A DNA stretch of 64,000 bases from Octopus sinensis (Eukaryota), in contig NC_042999.1 in assembly GCF_006345805.1 (NCBI RefSeq), positions 169,632,001-169,696,000 of the forward strand. The letters run 5' to 3'. The first letter of the stretch is position 1. Each line of letters opens with the position of its first letter. The position numbers and the translations under genes were made by a program. Under the pieces are notes generated by a model that ran no database searches, was not told the origin of the DNA, and saw only the letters and a list, made by a program, of their open reading frames with translations. Below are positions 39,301-53,500 of the stretch, one piece after another.

Positions 39301-42300
39301 GTGTGGTGTGAAGGGGGGAGGTGTGGTGTGAAGGAGGGAGGTGTGGTGTGAAGGAGGGAGGTGTGGTGTGAAGGAGGGAGGTGTGGTGTGAAGGGGGGAG
39401 GTGTGGTGTGAAGGGGGGAGGTGTGGTGTGAAGGAGGGAGGTGTAAAGAAGAGGCACAGTGCAAAGAAGAGAGATGTGGTTTAAAGTGGAGAGACGCATG
39501 GTGTGAAGAAGGGAGACAGGATATGAATTTGAAGCATGCACTGTAAAATACGAGATCTGATCAAAAAGTATAAAGACAGTTACTATGGTTACAGAGCTTA
39601 AGTACTCAAGAGTGAAACCACTCGGCACAGTATGGTCTTGAACACTAAGTTATAACATTCTTGCTTACTTCTGCTGTTTATAGCAGTGCTTGGAAGCAAA
39701 GCGTGTAGAGTGTGGACGTCTGACTATACCAGACGTTCCATCAGTGACCATGGCAGAGAAAATGTGTGCATGTGTGTGTGTGTGTGTGTGCATGGAAAGA
39801 GAGAGGGTTTGAAGGTTATTAGAGCTAAGAGTCTTTCCAAAGATGAAATCCCACTTGAGAGGAACAAGATTTTAAGATGTTGAGGAAATACAAGAGAAGG
39901 AGAAGAGGCAGCTGCATGCTATCCCAAAAAAGAAGTCTGGGGAATGCTTCCATCGATGGAAATGGCGTTGGATAAAGTGTGTGGTTTCAGAAGGCAACTA
40001 CTTCGAAGGAAATTGAATATTGATGATATGTGTTGTGGTTTGCTTTTTACAGCACCAGTCCGAATACTTTTTGATCAAATCTCTCACCATAAAGTTTTCA
40101 AGTGTTTAACTTCATTTGATTTCACTCTACCTAGGTCTATATTGTCCTTAGGAATGGTATAAGCATAGAAACTTCTCAATGTTTACCTCTACTCTAAATT
40201 TGAGGTTTTGTATTCATGCAAACTTTAAGAAAAATGTAAGAAAATTATGAAGAAAGATTACCTTTATGCTAAGATTCCATAAACTTATAATGAGATTGCG
40301 TAGACTGAGAAAGATTTTTGGTTCTCTGGCTAAATGCGGAAAGTAATTGCGTTCTGATTCACTCATTTCATCTGCTTTAACAGTTCCAGCTGTATCCGTT
40401 TCGTGGCTGTGACTGAAAGGTTGACCAAACATCTCCCATACTGAAATAGATCAGATAAGAATGAAAAGCATGGGAAAAGAAAAAGAACAAAAAATCAATT
40501 TTCACTGAATCTTGTAACATTAGTATGTTCATTCAAGCTTGACATGGGGCCATGCAGTAATATGAGAAACATATCCACTCAAGCAGTTTTGACACAGTGC
40601 TAAAAAAATTGGCACTCTGTCAGTTGTGATGATGAGGGCTCCAGCTGATCCAATCAACGGAAATTTATGTTAAAGCGGCTGAGCACTCCACAGACACGTG
40701 TGCCCTTAACATAGTTCTCAGGGGGGTTCAGTGTGACACAGAATGTGACAAGGCTGGCCCCCTTTGAATTACTGGTACTGCTCCCTTTTGCCACCTGAGT
40801 GGACTGGAGTAGTACAAAATAAAGTATCTTACCCAAGGACACAACATTCTGCTAGGAATCGAACTCATGAGCCAATTACCCTAATCACTAAACCATGTGC
40901 CTTCACCAGTGCTAAACAATATGAAAAAAAGAGAAAAAAAAGACTTGGCGTTAAGTGCCATCATGACATCATGACATCATATTTACAAACATTTTCCTGC
41001 TGTCCGATTGGTTAAATGAGGAAAACTGTGAAAGAGATTGCAAAGTGCCTATCTGCTGTCACAGCCTCAGACTGACCAATGGCTTGGGAGTGAAATTAGT
41101 GGACAAAAGCCATATGGAAACTTGTTTTGTGTGTGTGCGCATGAATGCTTATTTGGCCATGTCTTTTGCAGTGATACATTATGTTTACATCTGTAAACCA
41201 TGTTCCATAGTACAGCAGTTTTGACTAGAAGACCAATAGTAAAAATATCTTACTTGAAAATCAGCCAAAAAGGGTATCCAGTCAAAGGATACGGCCTCAA
41301 GAAGTGTCCTTCAAGCCATGCCAATATGGAAAAAGCAAACAGGATATCGACAATGATGTTAGAAATATAACATCCCAAAAAGAGCTTACGTGAAATTACA
41401 ATGGAAGCTACTAATTAAAATCTGAACACTTTAAAATGAGAGATGTTATTATCAAAAGACATAAAAAGGTTTCCTCAGTGATTACAATCGGAAACATTCT
41501 TATTTTATAACATCTCGAAGATGCAGGCATGGCTGCGTGATTATAAAGTTTGCTTCCCAACCACATGGTTCTGGGTTCGGTCCCACTGCATGGCACCTAG
41601 GGCAAGTGTCTTCTACTATAGCCCCAGACCAACCAAAGCCTTGTAAGTGGATTTGGTAGATGGAAACTGAAAGAAACCAATTGAGTGTGTGTGCAAGTGT
41701 GCATGTGTGTGTGCACGTGTGTGAGTGTTTGTGTCTCCTTGACATCATGTGACTGCCATAAATGAATGCCTTTCATTTCCAGTATTCTAGGAAAATATGT
41801 CTAGTCAGGGTGAAAGATAACCTTACTTGGAAGCAGGTAGGATCTGATGCCAGGAAGAGCATTTGGATGTAGAAAATTTGCCCCAATAAAATCTGTCCTG
41901 CCTATGCAGGTAAGAAAAAGTGGATGTTATGATGATGATGATGATGATGATATCACATCTCAGACATTTAATCAATTCAAATCAAATCTACTCACCTTTT
42001 GTTTTGGTTGATGTATTTTCCGGCTGAAGGTAAGTTGCATCCAAAGGACAATGTCCTATGGCATCTGAAGAATAATCTGATAGGAAGTGTAATGATGGTG
42101 ACATCTTCAGCCCTACACTAGCTGTCAGCTGGCTAAACCACCAAGGAGAACGACACATTTCTACTCTCTAGAATATAAGATAACCAGGACAATCTAACAA
42201 TTCAGCTAATAGGAAGATGATTCTAAATAAAATTTACAATATATTTATTTGGCAATACAAGAAATGATCTTTTTGACATAAAGGTTTTGAATAGTTTCAA

Positions 42301-45300
42301 TAGAATTGTTCAATATAAGCAGTACTGTACACCTTGCACACAAAATATCTTTCAAGATGAGGGGAATATGTTATGATGCTATTGTTCTGGCTGATGAACA
42401 CCAGATCAGCCATGACTGAGCAAGCCTTGAACATCCCACCTTTTTGTTTGTTTAGGACTACATTGTTCAATGTATCCTTCCTTATGTAAGAAAGAATGAT
42501 TTGAGGGAACTGGTAGTTACTTCTTATTTCCTTACTACCCACAAGGGGATAAACACAGAGGGGACAAAGGGATTAAGTCGATTATATCGACCCCAGTGCG
42601 TAAATGGTACTTAATTTATCAACCCTGAAAGAATGAAAAGCAAAGTCGACCTCAGCGGAATTTGAACTCAGAGCGTAATAGGAAACAAAATACCACGAAG
42701 CATTTCGCCCGGCATGCTAACCACTCTGCCAGCTTGCCCGCCTTCATGGCAGTTACTTTTAGTAAATCAAAGTGCCCTAGGCTTTCTTGTTGGCTAGATC
42801 AGTTAGTCTAGATCAGGGGTTTTAAACCATTTTTTACCTACTGACCCCTTCGATTACTATTTTATTCTGGTAAACCCCAAAAGCCATTCAATGTTTAAAA
42901 TCTAGTCTTATAGAAACTTTTTTCAAGATTCCTATTTTGTTTTTCTCACATACCAATACATACATCTAAAGCAAAATATTTTCAGAGGCCCTTAAAATGC
43001 TATTGTTGATCCCAAATTTACATATTTTGTTTCATGAATCCTCAAAAATCTTATATGGACTCCCAGTTGAGAACCACTGGTCTAAATCAATGGTTCTTAA
43101 CAGTAGTGCTCTCTTAGGGCATTGTAAGCTCACAAAGGCGTGGCAAATGTCAGGGGACACTGGGTATCTAAAAGAAGCTGTAAATATTCTCAGAAACGAT
43201 ATTTAACCCTTTAGTATTCAAATTACTCTTGTTTAGTAAAGTTCTTTATTCATATTATTTTGAATCAATCATCTCAAAGCTTCAAAATTTCAATGATGTG
43301 ATTGTTATTTTTAGAAATGATATTGTAGGGTAGGTGTGAGAGGCTAAAGATGGTTAGTTTGAACATAAAAATGGGAAAAACATTTGGGCTTGGTATGGCT
43401 GGTTTAAATGCTAGAGTCAAAACAGTTACAATACTTTAAACACATTTTCAGAAAAAAAATCAGTTAAGACTGATTTTTGTGAATAGGACATTGATTTATC
43501 ATTGAGTAAAAATATGACTGTTTTAAGCAGAAGGTAGCTGATAGCTATGTTTCAATTATTAAATCTTGTTTTTAGAATATAATTTGTTGAATACCATAAA
43601 TTATTTTACATTTGTTTTTGTTTCTTTTTAGATTTTAAAAGGTAGCCAAATACTGATATATATGTATTTGACTCATTTATTCTAATAGTACTTTATTTAA
43701 AATAATGATGTACTTTGTTATAAATTATCTTATGTGCAGCATTAATATGAATTTAAAATATCCTTTCATTATAAAAGTCCTTGCCTTCTTTAGTACTTTC
43801 AATAGGGGATACTAGCCCATGCAAATATCTAAAAACAGGCACATGCTGGATGGCATACTATATGAAAGTATGGATAATAAACCACTACTTGGTCTTTATT
43901 TTACAGAACAAAAAGGGTTGGGTTGTAAAATGCTATTCGATGAAAAGGACTGTTGAGTTAGAAAAGGTGAAGAACATTGATCTAAATAATGTATTTGTAG
44001 AACTTGGCAGACTTTACACATACTTGATAATCAGTCTTCTACGTTTCCAAAGATGTAGCAGCCGGAATTTTGAAACCATTGACAAGATGAAGTACAGAAG
44101 TCAAACTGGGATACCCAACAGCCAGAGACAAGCTGGTGACATTTGTTACATTAGTAATGACCTACTAATGGACATCATTATCAGTATTGTCAAGGAAAGC
44201 ACGTACCGGTTTCTACCATCATTTCTGTGAGAGTGCTTAGCATGTTTAGTGTGCATATGTTAATAATTTGCGAATTCTATCTTCTACCCAGATAAAAATA
44301 CACAACAGAATTTTTAAGAGATGTTCTCAAGCTCTACTCTGCTTCTGCAATGTATTAGTCATGTAATGTTCATGAATGCTGTTCTAGTGTTTTGTTATTG
44401 AATCTAGCACCTGAAGATTTAAAACTAGGACCAGATTCACTCTGCTTTATGTAATAACAGTTATAAACATGAAGCCTTATTACTTACAGTGTACCTATGC
44501 ATAAACAAAAATTATGTACATAGCACTAAATATGTATCTACAGAGTCACATATCTATCTGCCATTACAATAGTCATTGCATTTACCCTTTAGTATTTAAA
44601 CTGGCCATATCCAGCCGAAATATTCTGTTTGATGTTCAAACCGACCAGAGTCAGTCTCTTGCTTACAATGACATTCTAAAAATAAACAACCACATCACTG
44701 AAATCTTGAAATTATAAGATAATGCGTGCTTTATTTAAAATTAGTGTGGATAAATAAGCATCATATTTGACTTAATGAAGGCACTTGGCTCTGTGGTTAG
44801 AACATCAGGCTCACAATCATGAGGTAGTGAGTTTCATTTCCCAGACCGGGCTGTGTGTTGTGTTCTTGAGCAAGACTCTTCATTTCCTGTTGCTCTCCAG
44901 TTCACTCAGCTGTAGAAATGAATTGCAATGTCACTGGTGCCAAGCTGTATCTGCCTTTGCCTTTCCCTTGGATAACATTGGTAGCATGGAGAGGGGAGGC
45001 TGGTCTTCCATAAGCAACCTTGCCCGGACTTGTACCTCGAAGGGTAACTTTCTAGGTGCAATCCCATGGTCTGTGTCGTGACCGAAGGGGTTCTTTACTT
45101 TCTTTTTTCATATTTGACAGAGAAATCTAAATACTAAAAGTTTAAAGTCTAATTATTCATGCTTATAACTTAGGAACTAAAATTTAGTCGGCTGACAAAT
45201 TCCTTTATGTTTGAAAAATTAAGGCTTTCAGAGTAGCAGAATGGCCTGGTTTTGTAAAATACTCACATGATCTTCTGGTACAGCACATGCTTCAAGTTGT

Positions 45301-47467
45301 CTTTCTTTCTAAATAAAGAAAAATGCAAAAAAAACAGTTGAACAACGAGTCTTTAAATTTTTATTATGTAGTGTTAGAGGATTCTGAAAGTTAACAATGT
45401 GAAGATACATCATCATCATTGTTCTAATGTCCATTTTACCATGCTTGCATAAGACAGATGAAATTTGTTGAGGCAAATTTTTCTTTGGCCAGATGCCCTT
45501 CCTGTCCCCAACCCTCATTTGTTTTCATGGAATTCAAAAATGAAGGACTCCCTTGTACAAGTGATACTTGTTTATAACTAACCCTATGATATCAAGACAC
45601 AGACACATTTTATATATGCATGTATATACAATGGACCTCTTTCAGTTTCTGTCTACCAAATTCAATCACAAGGCTTTGGTAAGCCCAGGTCTGTAAATAA
45701 GACACTTGCCCAAGGTGCCTTAAAACAACATGGTTGGCAAGTGTAATTCTTAACTGCACAGCCATGCCCATGCCTATTGAGACTGTTGAACATATTAAAC
45801 AACATAGTGCAAAAAATAACCAAAAATCTGAACAATGGTAGTAACCTGACCTCTAACTGAGCTAAAATATAAGTGTGTATAAATATCAAAGATGTGTAAT
45901 CACCATGAGAGATTCTTAGTGGTAGTGAGGCCTAGCATTTAGATCAACCTTGAGGACTGTAACCAAGTGTTCATGTTTAGGAAGTGGGATATGATATTCT
46001 TTTCCTGGTTTGTGTAGTGATTGTGTCTTTGTGCTGTTTGAGGAAGCAAGATTAGCACAATTTCGTATTAGAATGTGCTTAAGTTCCACTTCATAAAGAT
46101 TGGTGTGAGGTGTCTAGGTTGCATATAAGTGGGACTTGGCACAAAAGATAAAGAATAGGTAGGAATAAAGGGTGGTATCACTATATCAGTGTGGTTATAG
46201 TTAGAGATGACAGCAAGTACATTGTTGAAACGAGGAAGAATGTGAAGGACAAAACTGAACCTTGGGGTACACCAGAATTGATGACATGGGTTGGAGAGAA
46301 GTAGATCAGAGCAGCAGAGTTCTCTCAGTTTTATGCTGTTCCTAGCAAGAAAGGTGCTTCATCTTTGACCCATCAAACATCAATAAGTAGGGGACCAAAA
46401 TTATCCTTCTAAACATGTCACTTCAAATCACAGGCACTACTAAAGCCCAAAACTACCGAGTGGTTTTCCATACTGTGTGAAAAGCATTGCATACAATTCC
46501 TGGGTGAAGTCACTGAACACATGCAAACCACAATCATCATGATTTAATGTCTTTTCCATGCTAGCATAAGTTGGATGGTTTGGCAGGAGCTGGCAAGGCC
46601 AGGAACTCCACCAGGTTCCATTGTCTGTTTTGGCAGGATTTCTACAGAGCTGGATGCTCTTCCTAATTCCAACCACTTTGCGGTGTGTACTTGTTGCTTT
46701 TTATGTGGCACCAACACTGACAGGGTCACCAAGTACCTTGCAAGAGAGGTGATAAGAGAGAGATGTTATGAATGTGGGATGAAGGTTAGTCAAATAACTG
46801 CTGGTGGCTGGAAGAGTGGGTTGGTGGGTGCAAAAACAACAGATAAAGTAATTATGAAATCCACTGAGTAAAATCATAATGGATTATTAAACAAATGAAA
46901 TAAATTATATTACCTTTTTCCCTTCTGATGTCATCCCACAGGTGAAGTTACGAATAAAATCTGGATACAAGTCAAAATCTCTGGAGAGCTGCCGCCACTT
47001 GCAACACTCAGGCCGCGTACACTGAACCCAGAATGGTAACAATTTGTCAGCCATGAACACACAGACCGAAGCCTCCATCTTGGCTTTTGATGACCATTCA
47101 CTCTTCCATTTGCAGAAGGTTTCATAACCGAGTTTATGACTGAAATACAGACAACAGCTAATGCAAGTAAAAACACCGAGACATTTACTTTCTTTGTAGA
47201 TATTAAGACATGTGTGTCAAGTAGAGCAGCAAAGAAAGATAATGTTGATAGTTATTTATCAATCACTCTTTTACTTGTTTCAGTCATTTGACTGCAGCCA
47301 TGCTGGAGCACCGCCTTTAGTAGAGCAAATCGACCCCGGGACTTATTCTTTGTGAGCCCAGTACTTATTCTATCGGTCTCCTTTGCCGAACCGCTAAGTG
47401 ACGGGGACGTAAACACACCAGCATCGGTTGTCAGGCAATGCTAGGGGGGACAAACACAGGCACACAA

Positions 47468-47502
<35 letters not shown>

Positions 47503-50500
47503 CATATATACGACAGGCTTCTTTCAGTTTCCGTCTACCAAATCCACTCACAAGGCATTGGTCGGCCCGGGGCTATAGCAGAAGACACTTGCCCAAGGTG
47601 CCACCCAATGGGACTGAACCCGGAACCATGTGGTTGGTTAGCAAGCTACTTACCACACAGCCAATGATTCCAATATGCAATAAGGGTATCAATTAAGTTG
47701 AAAGCTTGACAGAGTAGTTTAGTGGTTCATGAACCAATTTCAACTCTACTGGAACAAATTAGTGAAGTGAGAAGCTTTGAGAAATTGACTTTCTTTGTGA
47801 TGTTGCTACTGAGAGGAACATAAAGAGAGTAGATTAAAAAAGAGAGAAGACAAAAAAAGAAACGTCACCCTTTTCAAGCCTAGCCAGGCACATGGGCCCA
47901 GTTTCTGTGGCGTATGTGTTCCCCCCAGCTGAAACGGAAAGAGAGAGCGAGAGAAAGTTGTGGCGAAAGAGTACAACAGGGGTCGCCACCACCCCCTGCC
48001 AGAGCCTTGTGGAGCTTTAGGTGTTTTCGCTCAATAAACACACACAACACCCGGTCTGGGAATCGAAACCGCGATCCTCCGACCGCGAGTCCGCTGCCCT
48101 AACCACTGGGCCATTGCGCCTCCCATAAGACATCAAACAGACATTTATCTATCAGTGAATCTTTAAGATTTCTAGTGAAATTCTTAAGCATTTTATAGAA
48201 GAGAATGCAACTTACCTTCTGTAGAAATATTCAAAGCATTCATTACAAAAATGCTCTCCGGCTGATATATGATGCCAACGAGAAGTATAACCACTGCCAA
48301 CACATCTACGAAAAAGGTAATTCACAATTACGCTTTTTCTAAATTGTTTATAGTCAAACAAGTTCATAGCAGAGACAGAATTTATAAATTTCTTCAGTAA
48401 AATTAAGCATTAATGGATAACTGGTTGTTTTCAATAACTTGTGTGTAAAACAAATGTAAATGAATTATGGGATAAAGAAACTGAGAAATGTACCAAGACT
48501 AACAATGTTTTTAGTTCTGCATTTTTAATGCCAAAGCCACAGAATGAAGGGCAATGCCCACGACCTTTTACGGAGCTTCTGGTATTGGGAAAAGAAAGAA
48601 TCTTTAAACCAGAGATCTGATAACAATGTTTACAACAGGACAGACTCCACTTAAGGCACTCAAGTATCAGGTGGTGGTGGTGGCATTAAACAAGGTAATG
48701 GATCACATCTACCATGTAAGTCTACTAGCTCCTTCTAAATTGACTTTAACTTTCAATAGTCATAATAAAATCAAATACCAGTTCAACTGGTATTAGGAAT
48801 GCACACCAACCAGTTGCCTGCGATTTCAAAAAAACTCCTCCATACAAAATAGAATATTCTTCAATGATACATTCAATAGATTTGTGAGCCCTTTACATGT
48901 GTGACTTTTGTACCCACTGACATGCATCTAGCTTTCAAAAATGATTTCATTCAAAACTTACAGACATCTGAACTCATCATCAGTAAGGCGACGCTAGTAA
49001 TGATCACGCTCGAATGGTACTTTTTATGTGCCACTGGCACGGAAGCCAGTTAGCTGCTCTGGCAATGATCATGCTTGGAGGGCACTCTTAGCGCTCCACT
49101 GGCACGGATGCCAGTCATCGAATATGATTTCTGAACTACCTGGTATAATTTGGTAATTAGATAAAAGACACAAACTCCAAAATATATGAAGACTATACTT
49201 AAAAAAAAAGGCCATACCTCTCAGTGGAATTGGCAAAACAGATGGGGATTGTTGCCGGGCAACCAGATCTTTCGCATGCTCGCACAGGTTTCTTACCGGT
49301 GCCACTTACATCCCATGTTTCATCAAAGAATGACTTTCTTTTAATTCCACGGGCAGAACATCTGTCAAGAGATAAAAAAAAATTCAAAATCAGATAAACC
49401 TTTAACCAAATAATTTTGTTCAAATAACGTCCTAACCCTTACACACTGCCAAACGGATGGTTTGGGTCATTTACTACAAATGTATCATCATCCTCATTGT
49501 TTTAACATTCCCTTTTCCATGCTCACAGACGGAATTTGGCTGGGGCAGATTTTCTACAGGCATACGCCCTTTCCTTTGCCGACTGTCACCCGTTTCGAAG
49601 GTAATATTTCTCCATGACCAAACAGGTTCACACAGAAGATTGGCAGTGACACTCATTCATCACTATTGTGTAATATCAAAGCAAGGAGATAATAACACAG
49701 AGTTTCGATTTATCAAATACACGCACAAGGCTTTGGTTGACCTGGAGCTATAGTTGAAGACACGTGTCCAAAGTATTGTGCAGAGGTATTGAACCCAAAA
49801 CCCTGCAGCTGCAGGGCAAGCTTCTTAGCCACACAGCCATACCTGCACCTATACAGTCCAGTCTATTTCAATGAGTTTACAATTGTTTCATTATTAGCAG
49901 TGGGGGGGGGGGTCCGTTAAAAATGCAAATATTTGTATTAAGCTACTGAGACGATATATTAGAGCAACAGCATGTCCATGCTTGTGGTGTGTTTGTGTTG
50001 CTTCCAAATTGGCTTTTAGATCTCTTCATAACTTGCATTGTAGAAACAATGTAGTTAAGTGGTAAAGTAATCAATTACCCAGGCACAAGTGTGGCTGTGT
50101 GATAAGAAGCTTGCTTCCCAACTACATGGTTCTGGGTTCAGTCCCACTGCATGGCACCTAGGGCAAGTGTCTTCTACTATAGCCTTGGGCCACCCAAAGC
50201 CTTGTGAGTGGATTTGGTAGAAGGAAACTGAAAGAAGCCTGGCATGTGTGTCTGTCTGTCTGTCTTTGTCCACCACCACTGCTTGATAACCAGTGTTGGT
50301 ATGTTTACATCCTCATAACTTAGCAGTTTGGTAAAAGAAATTGATAGAATAAGTACCACGCTTAAAAAAAAAGTACTGAGGCCAATTCATTGGACTAAAA
50401 ATTCTTCAAGGCAGTGCCCCAGCATGGCCAGTCTAATGACTGAAACAAGAAGAAGTTAAAAGATAAAATTACTTGCTCACAAGTAGGATTTCACATCCAA

Positions 50501-53500
50501 CGAAGGCATTTTGTTGTCATTTAGTCGCAAGTTATTCCTAACAGGGCAGACCTTTGTCTCCAAAGTAATTCCAGCTGTGAACTGATGGCTGTCTTTCTTA
50601 GGACAATATAGTTATAATTTGAAAGTTGTCTATTTTTGAGCTGGTTCAGTGATAACATACGAGGGGTCATTAAAGATTTCCCCGGACCCACTTCCCAAGG
50701 ACTAGGATAAATGAAACTTGGCATAATTATTAATCTTTCTGTACATGGTTGGGTGATGTATGGGGGGTCCAAATAGTCACCAGATGCTGGTTTGGGCAAG
50801 CACCATACTGGGCTAAAATTTTCACAGAGTGATGCAAACTCCAAGTCCTATTCCAACCTCCTCATGGTACCAACTGGATCTAAACCAACAGGAGAGGATG
50901 ACTGTGGGTATTTGGCATAGTATAACCAGGCTGCTCTGAGCAGATGGGGCTTGTTAGACATGATCAGCAGCTTGTCTAGGAGAAGGATACTCCAATATAA
51001 AAGATATGACCCAAGGACCTCTCTGCTATAGTCTGAGCTTGCTAGGCCATAGCAGATGAACCCCAGGTATAAAGGGTGGGGCCAGTTCTCCACACCAAGA
51101 CTTCCTCTTTGAAGATGATAACACATTTGTTGCACACACAGAAAGAGCCCTGCAGTGCACCATATGCTGCTTTACAGAGGCCACCTAGCTCTTTGGGCTG
51201 GAAGTAAGCTTGAAAATGACTGAGGTCCTACACCAACTAGCTCCTCTGGATGAGTACTGCTCACCTCACATCACCATTGCCGAAAAAGAATTGCCGAAAA
51301 AGAACTGAAGTTAGTACAGCAGTTCACTTATCTTGGGTGTACCATTTCATTAGATGCAAGTATTGACAAAGAAATTGACAACAGACTTGCAAAGGAAAAC
51401 AAAGTCTATGGCAGATTGTACAAGCATCTTAAGATCAGCACAAAAGTCAGTGTCTACGGGGCCATCGTTCTCACGACACTCCTATATGACTGGGTCCTGG
51501 ATGCCCTACTTCTATCATCTCAGACTTCTCAAACGTTTTCACGAATGCTGCCTCCATACCATCCTCAACATTGACTGGAGTGACCACATCACCAACACTG
51601 AGGTCCTCGAGCTAGCAAAGGTCACCAGTCTGGAAGCCATTTTACTTAAGACACAACTGCATGGGGCAGGGTATGCTGACAGGATGAAAGACCACCTTCT
51701 ACCCAAGATCACCATGTGTGGTGAGCTCACCACTAGACACCACAAAAGGGGGCACCAAGGAAGCGTTACTAGGACTGCCTGAAGTAGTCCCTTAGCATTT
51801 GTGACATTGATTATCGTGAGTGGTCCACTCTAACAGCTGACCGTATCAGTCGGTGCCATACTGTCAGTGATGTTGTTTCCTCCTTTGAGATCTCTGGCAG
51901 TGCCTCTCCTGAAGACAAACAATACATCTGCATCATCAGACCTTGAATGACCATACCCCTGTCATCACAGAAACTGGATATGTCAATCCCACGTAGGCCT
52001 TATCAGCCATGAATGAGCATGCCAACAACGTGGACAACAGCCTTCCTAATCTTCATCAGTGAAGCCAAGCCAATACATCTACATAGCCATCACCAATGGA
52101 GACAGTTCTGCCATCGCTTTATGCAGCTGTGAAGATCTCATCTGTAGAAGTCAGTTGGTTGCGTCTGGAGCCAAGACTTTACTTTGGAAATAAGTTCATC
52201 ATCATCATCTGAAAAGTCCTTCCCCTTCAAAAAAAGACTTCATGATTGGAAAGTTAAATGGTGCGAGGTCAGGAGTAGTAAGAGAGATGAGGCAGGATTT
52301 CGTAGCTGCAGGAGTGTGGTTTCATCTGGGCAAAATGTGCATTATGAGCTGGGGCATTGTCTTGGAGGAGGTGGGCTCTTTTGGTCAGCATGCCACGCCT
52401 CTCTGTTTTGATGGTGTCCTGCAATTTCTGCAGCAGAAAAGCATATGTCCCATTAATTGTAGTGCCCTTTGTCAGAAAATCCATCATCACTATTCCATGC
52501 TGATCGCAAAAGACTGTGAGCATTACCTTGCCTGCTGAGGGTTGGACACAAGGCTTCTTTGGAGGTGGTGAGTTATCATGCTTCTATTACTTCAACTGGT
52601 CTCTAGTCTCAGGATCATAATGATGGACCTATATTTCATCCTGTGTGATAAGTCCACCGCAAAAGCCCTAATTTTCTTGGCACTTTGCTAAAAGAGCCTG
52701 GGAGCAACTGACTCATTTCTGCTTCTGAAAAGGTGGAAGCACCTGGGGAATCCATCGTGCAGACAACTTCCACATGTACAAATGGTCGTGAATGATTTTA
52801 TTCCATGGACCCTACACTTAGCTTCACTTCTTGGGCAAATAGTTATGCAGTGATCCTCCAAAATGGTGGCTTCCTCTTTATGGATGGTGTCATCATCAAT
52901 GGTGGAATGTGGTCATCCAGGAACAGGAGCAGTTTCCACCAATGTCTCACCACATTTGAGCTGGCAATGCTAGTGCTTGACTATGTCGTATGATGGTGCA
53001 TTGTCACCCTAAACTTCTTTCATCTCATTGAAAGTCTCTTTCGGTGTACTCTTTTCAAATATAAGAACCTGATCCCTGATCTGCATTCAACTGCCTCCAT
53101 TATAACACCTCAGTCCACTTCAGCAGCCATAAAAGACAAACAAACACTAGTGGAAAGCTGCAATTTACAATGTAACATGTAGAGACATGTATGATTCTAC
53201 CTGTACAAGTTACATTTCCTGCAATAACCGGAAGCGGGTCAGGGAAAATCTTTAATGAACGCTCTTCATAACGGCTCCCTCGTGAGCTTCATGCAGCCAT
53301 TTTTGTTGTTATTTCCAGGCAGAACATTATAATCCAAATCACCTCAGTTCAAATAGCTGTCAAGGATAGATACCCAAAAATCTCTGAATCATCATCATCA
53401 TTTAATGTCTGTTTCTCATGCTAGCAAGGGTTGGATGGTTTGACAGGGGTTGGGCAGGCAGAGGACTCCACCAAGCTTTACTTGTCTACTTTGGTAATGG

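Noticed and set aside
36590-39628. 1012-aa and 933-aa His/Thr/Pro-rich ORFs
   Set aside because: They are translations of the ~20-bp minisatellite, whose C-rich strand lacks stop codons, and they lie inside KDM1B intron 7.
43781-44230. 149-aa + strand ORF
   Set aside because: No recognisable motif, TTG start, AT-rich intronic context; at most a decayed TE fragment.
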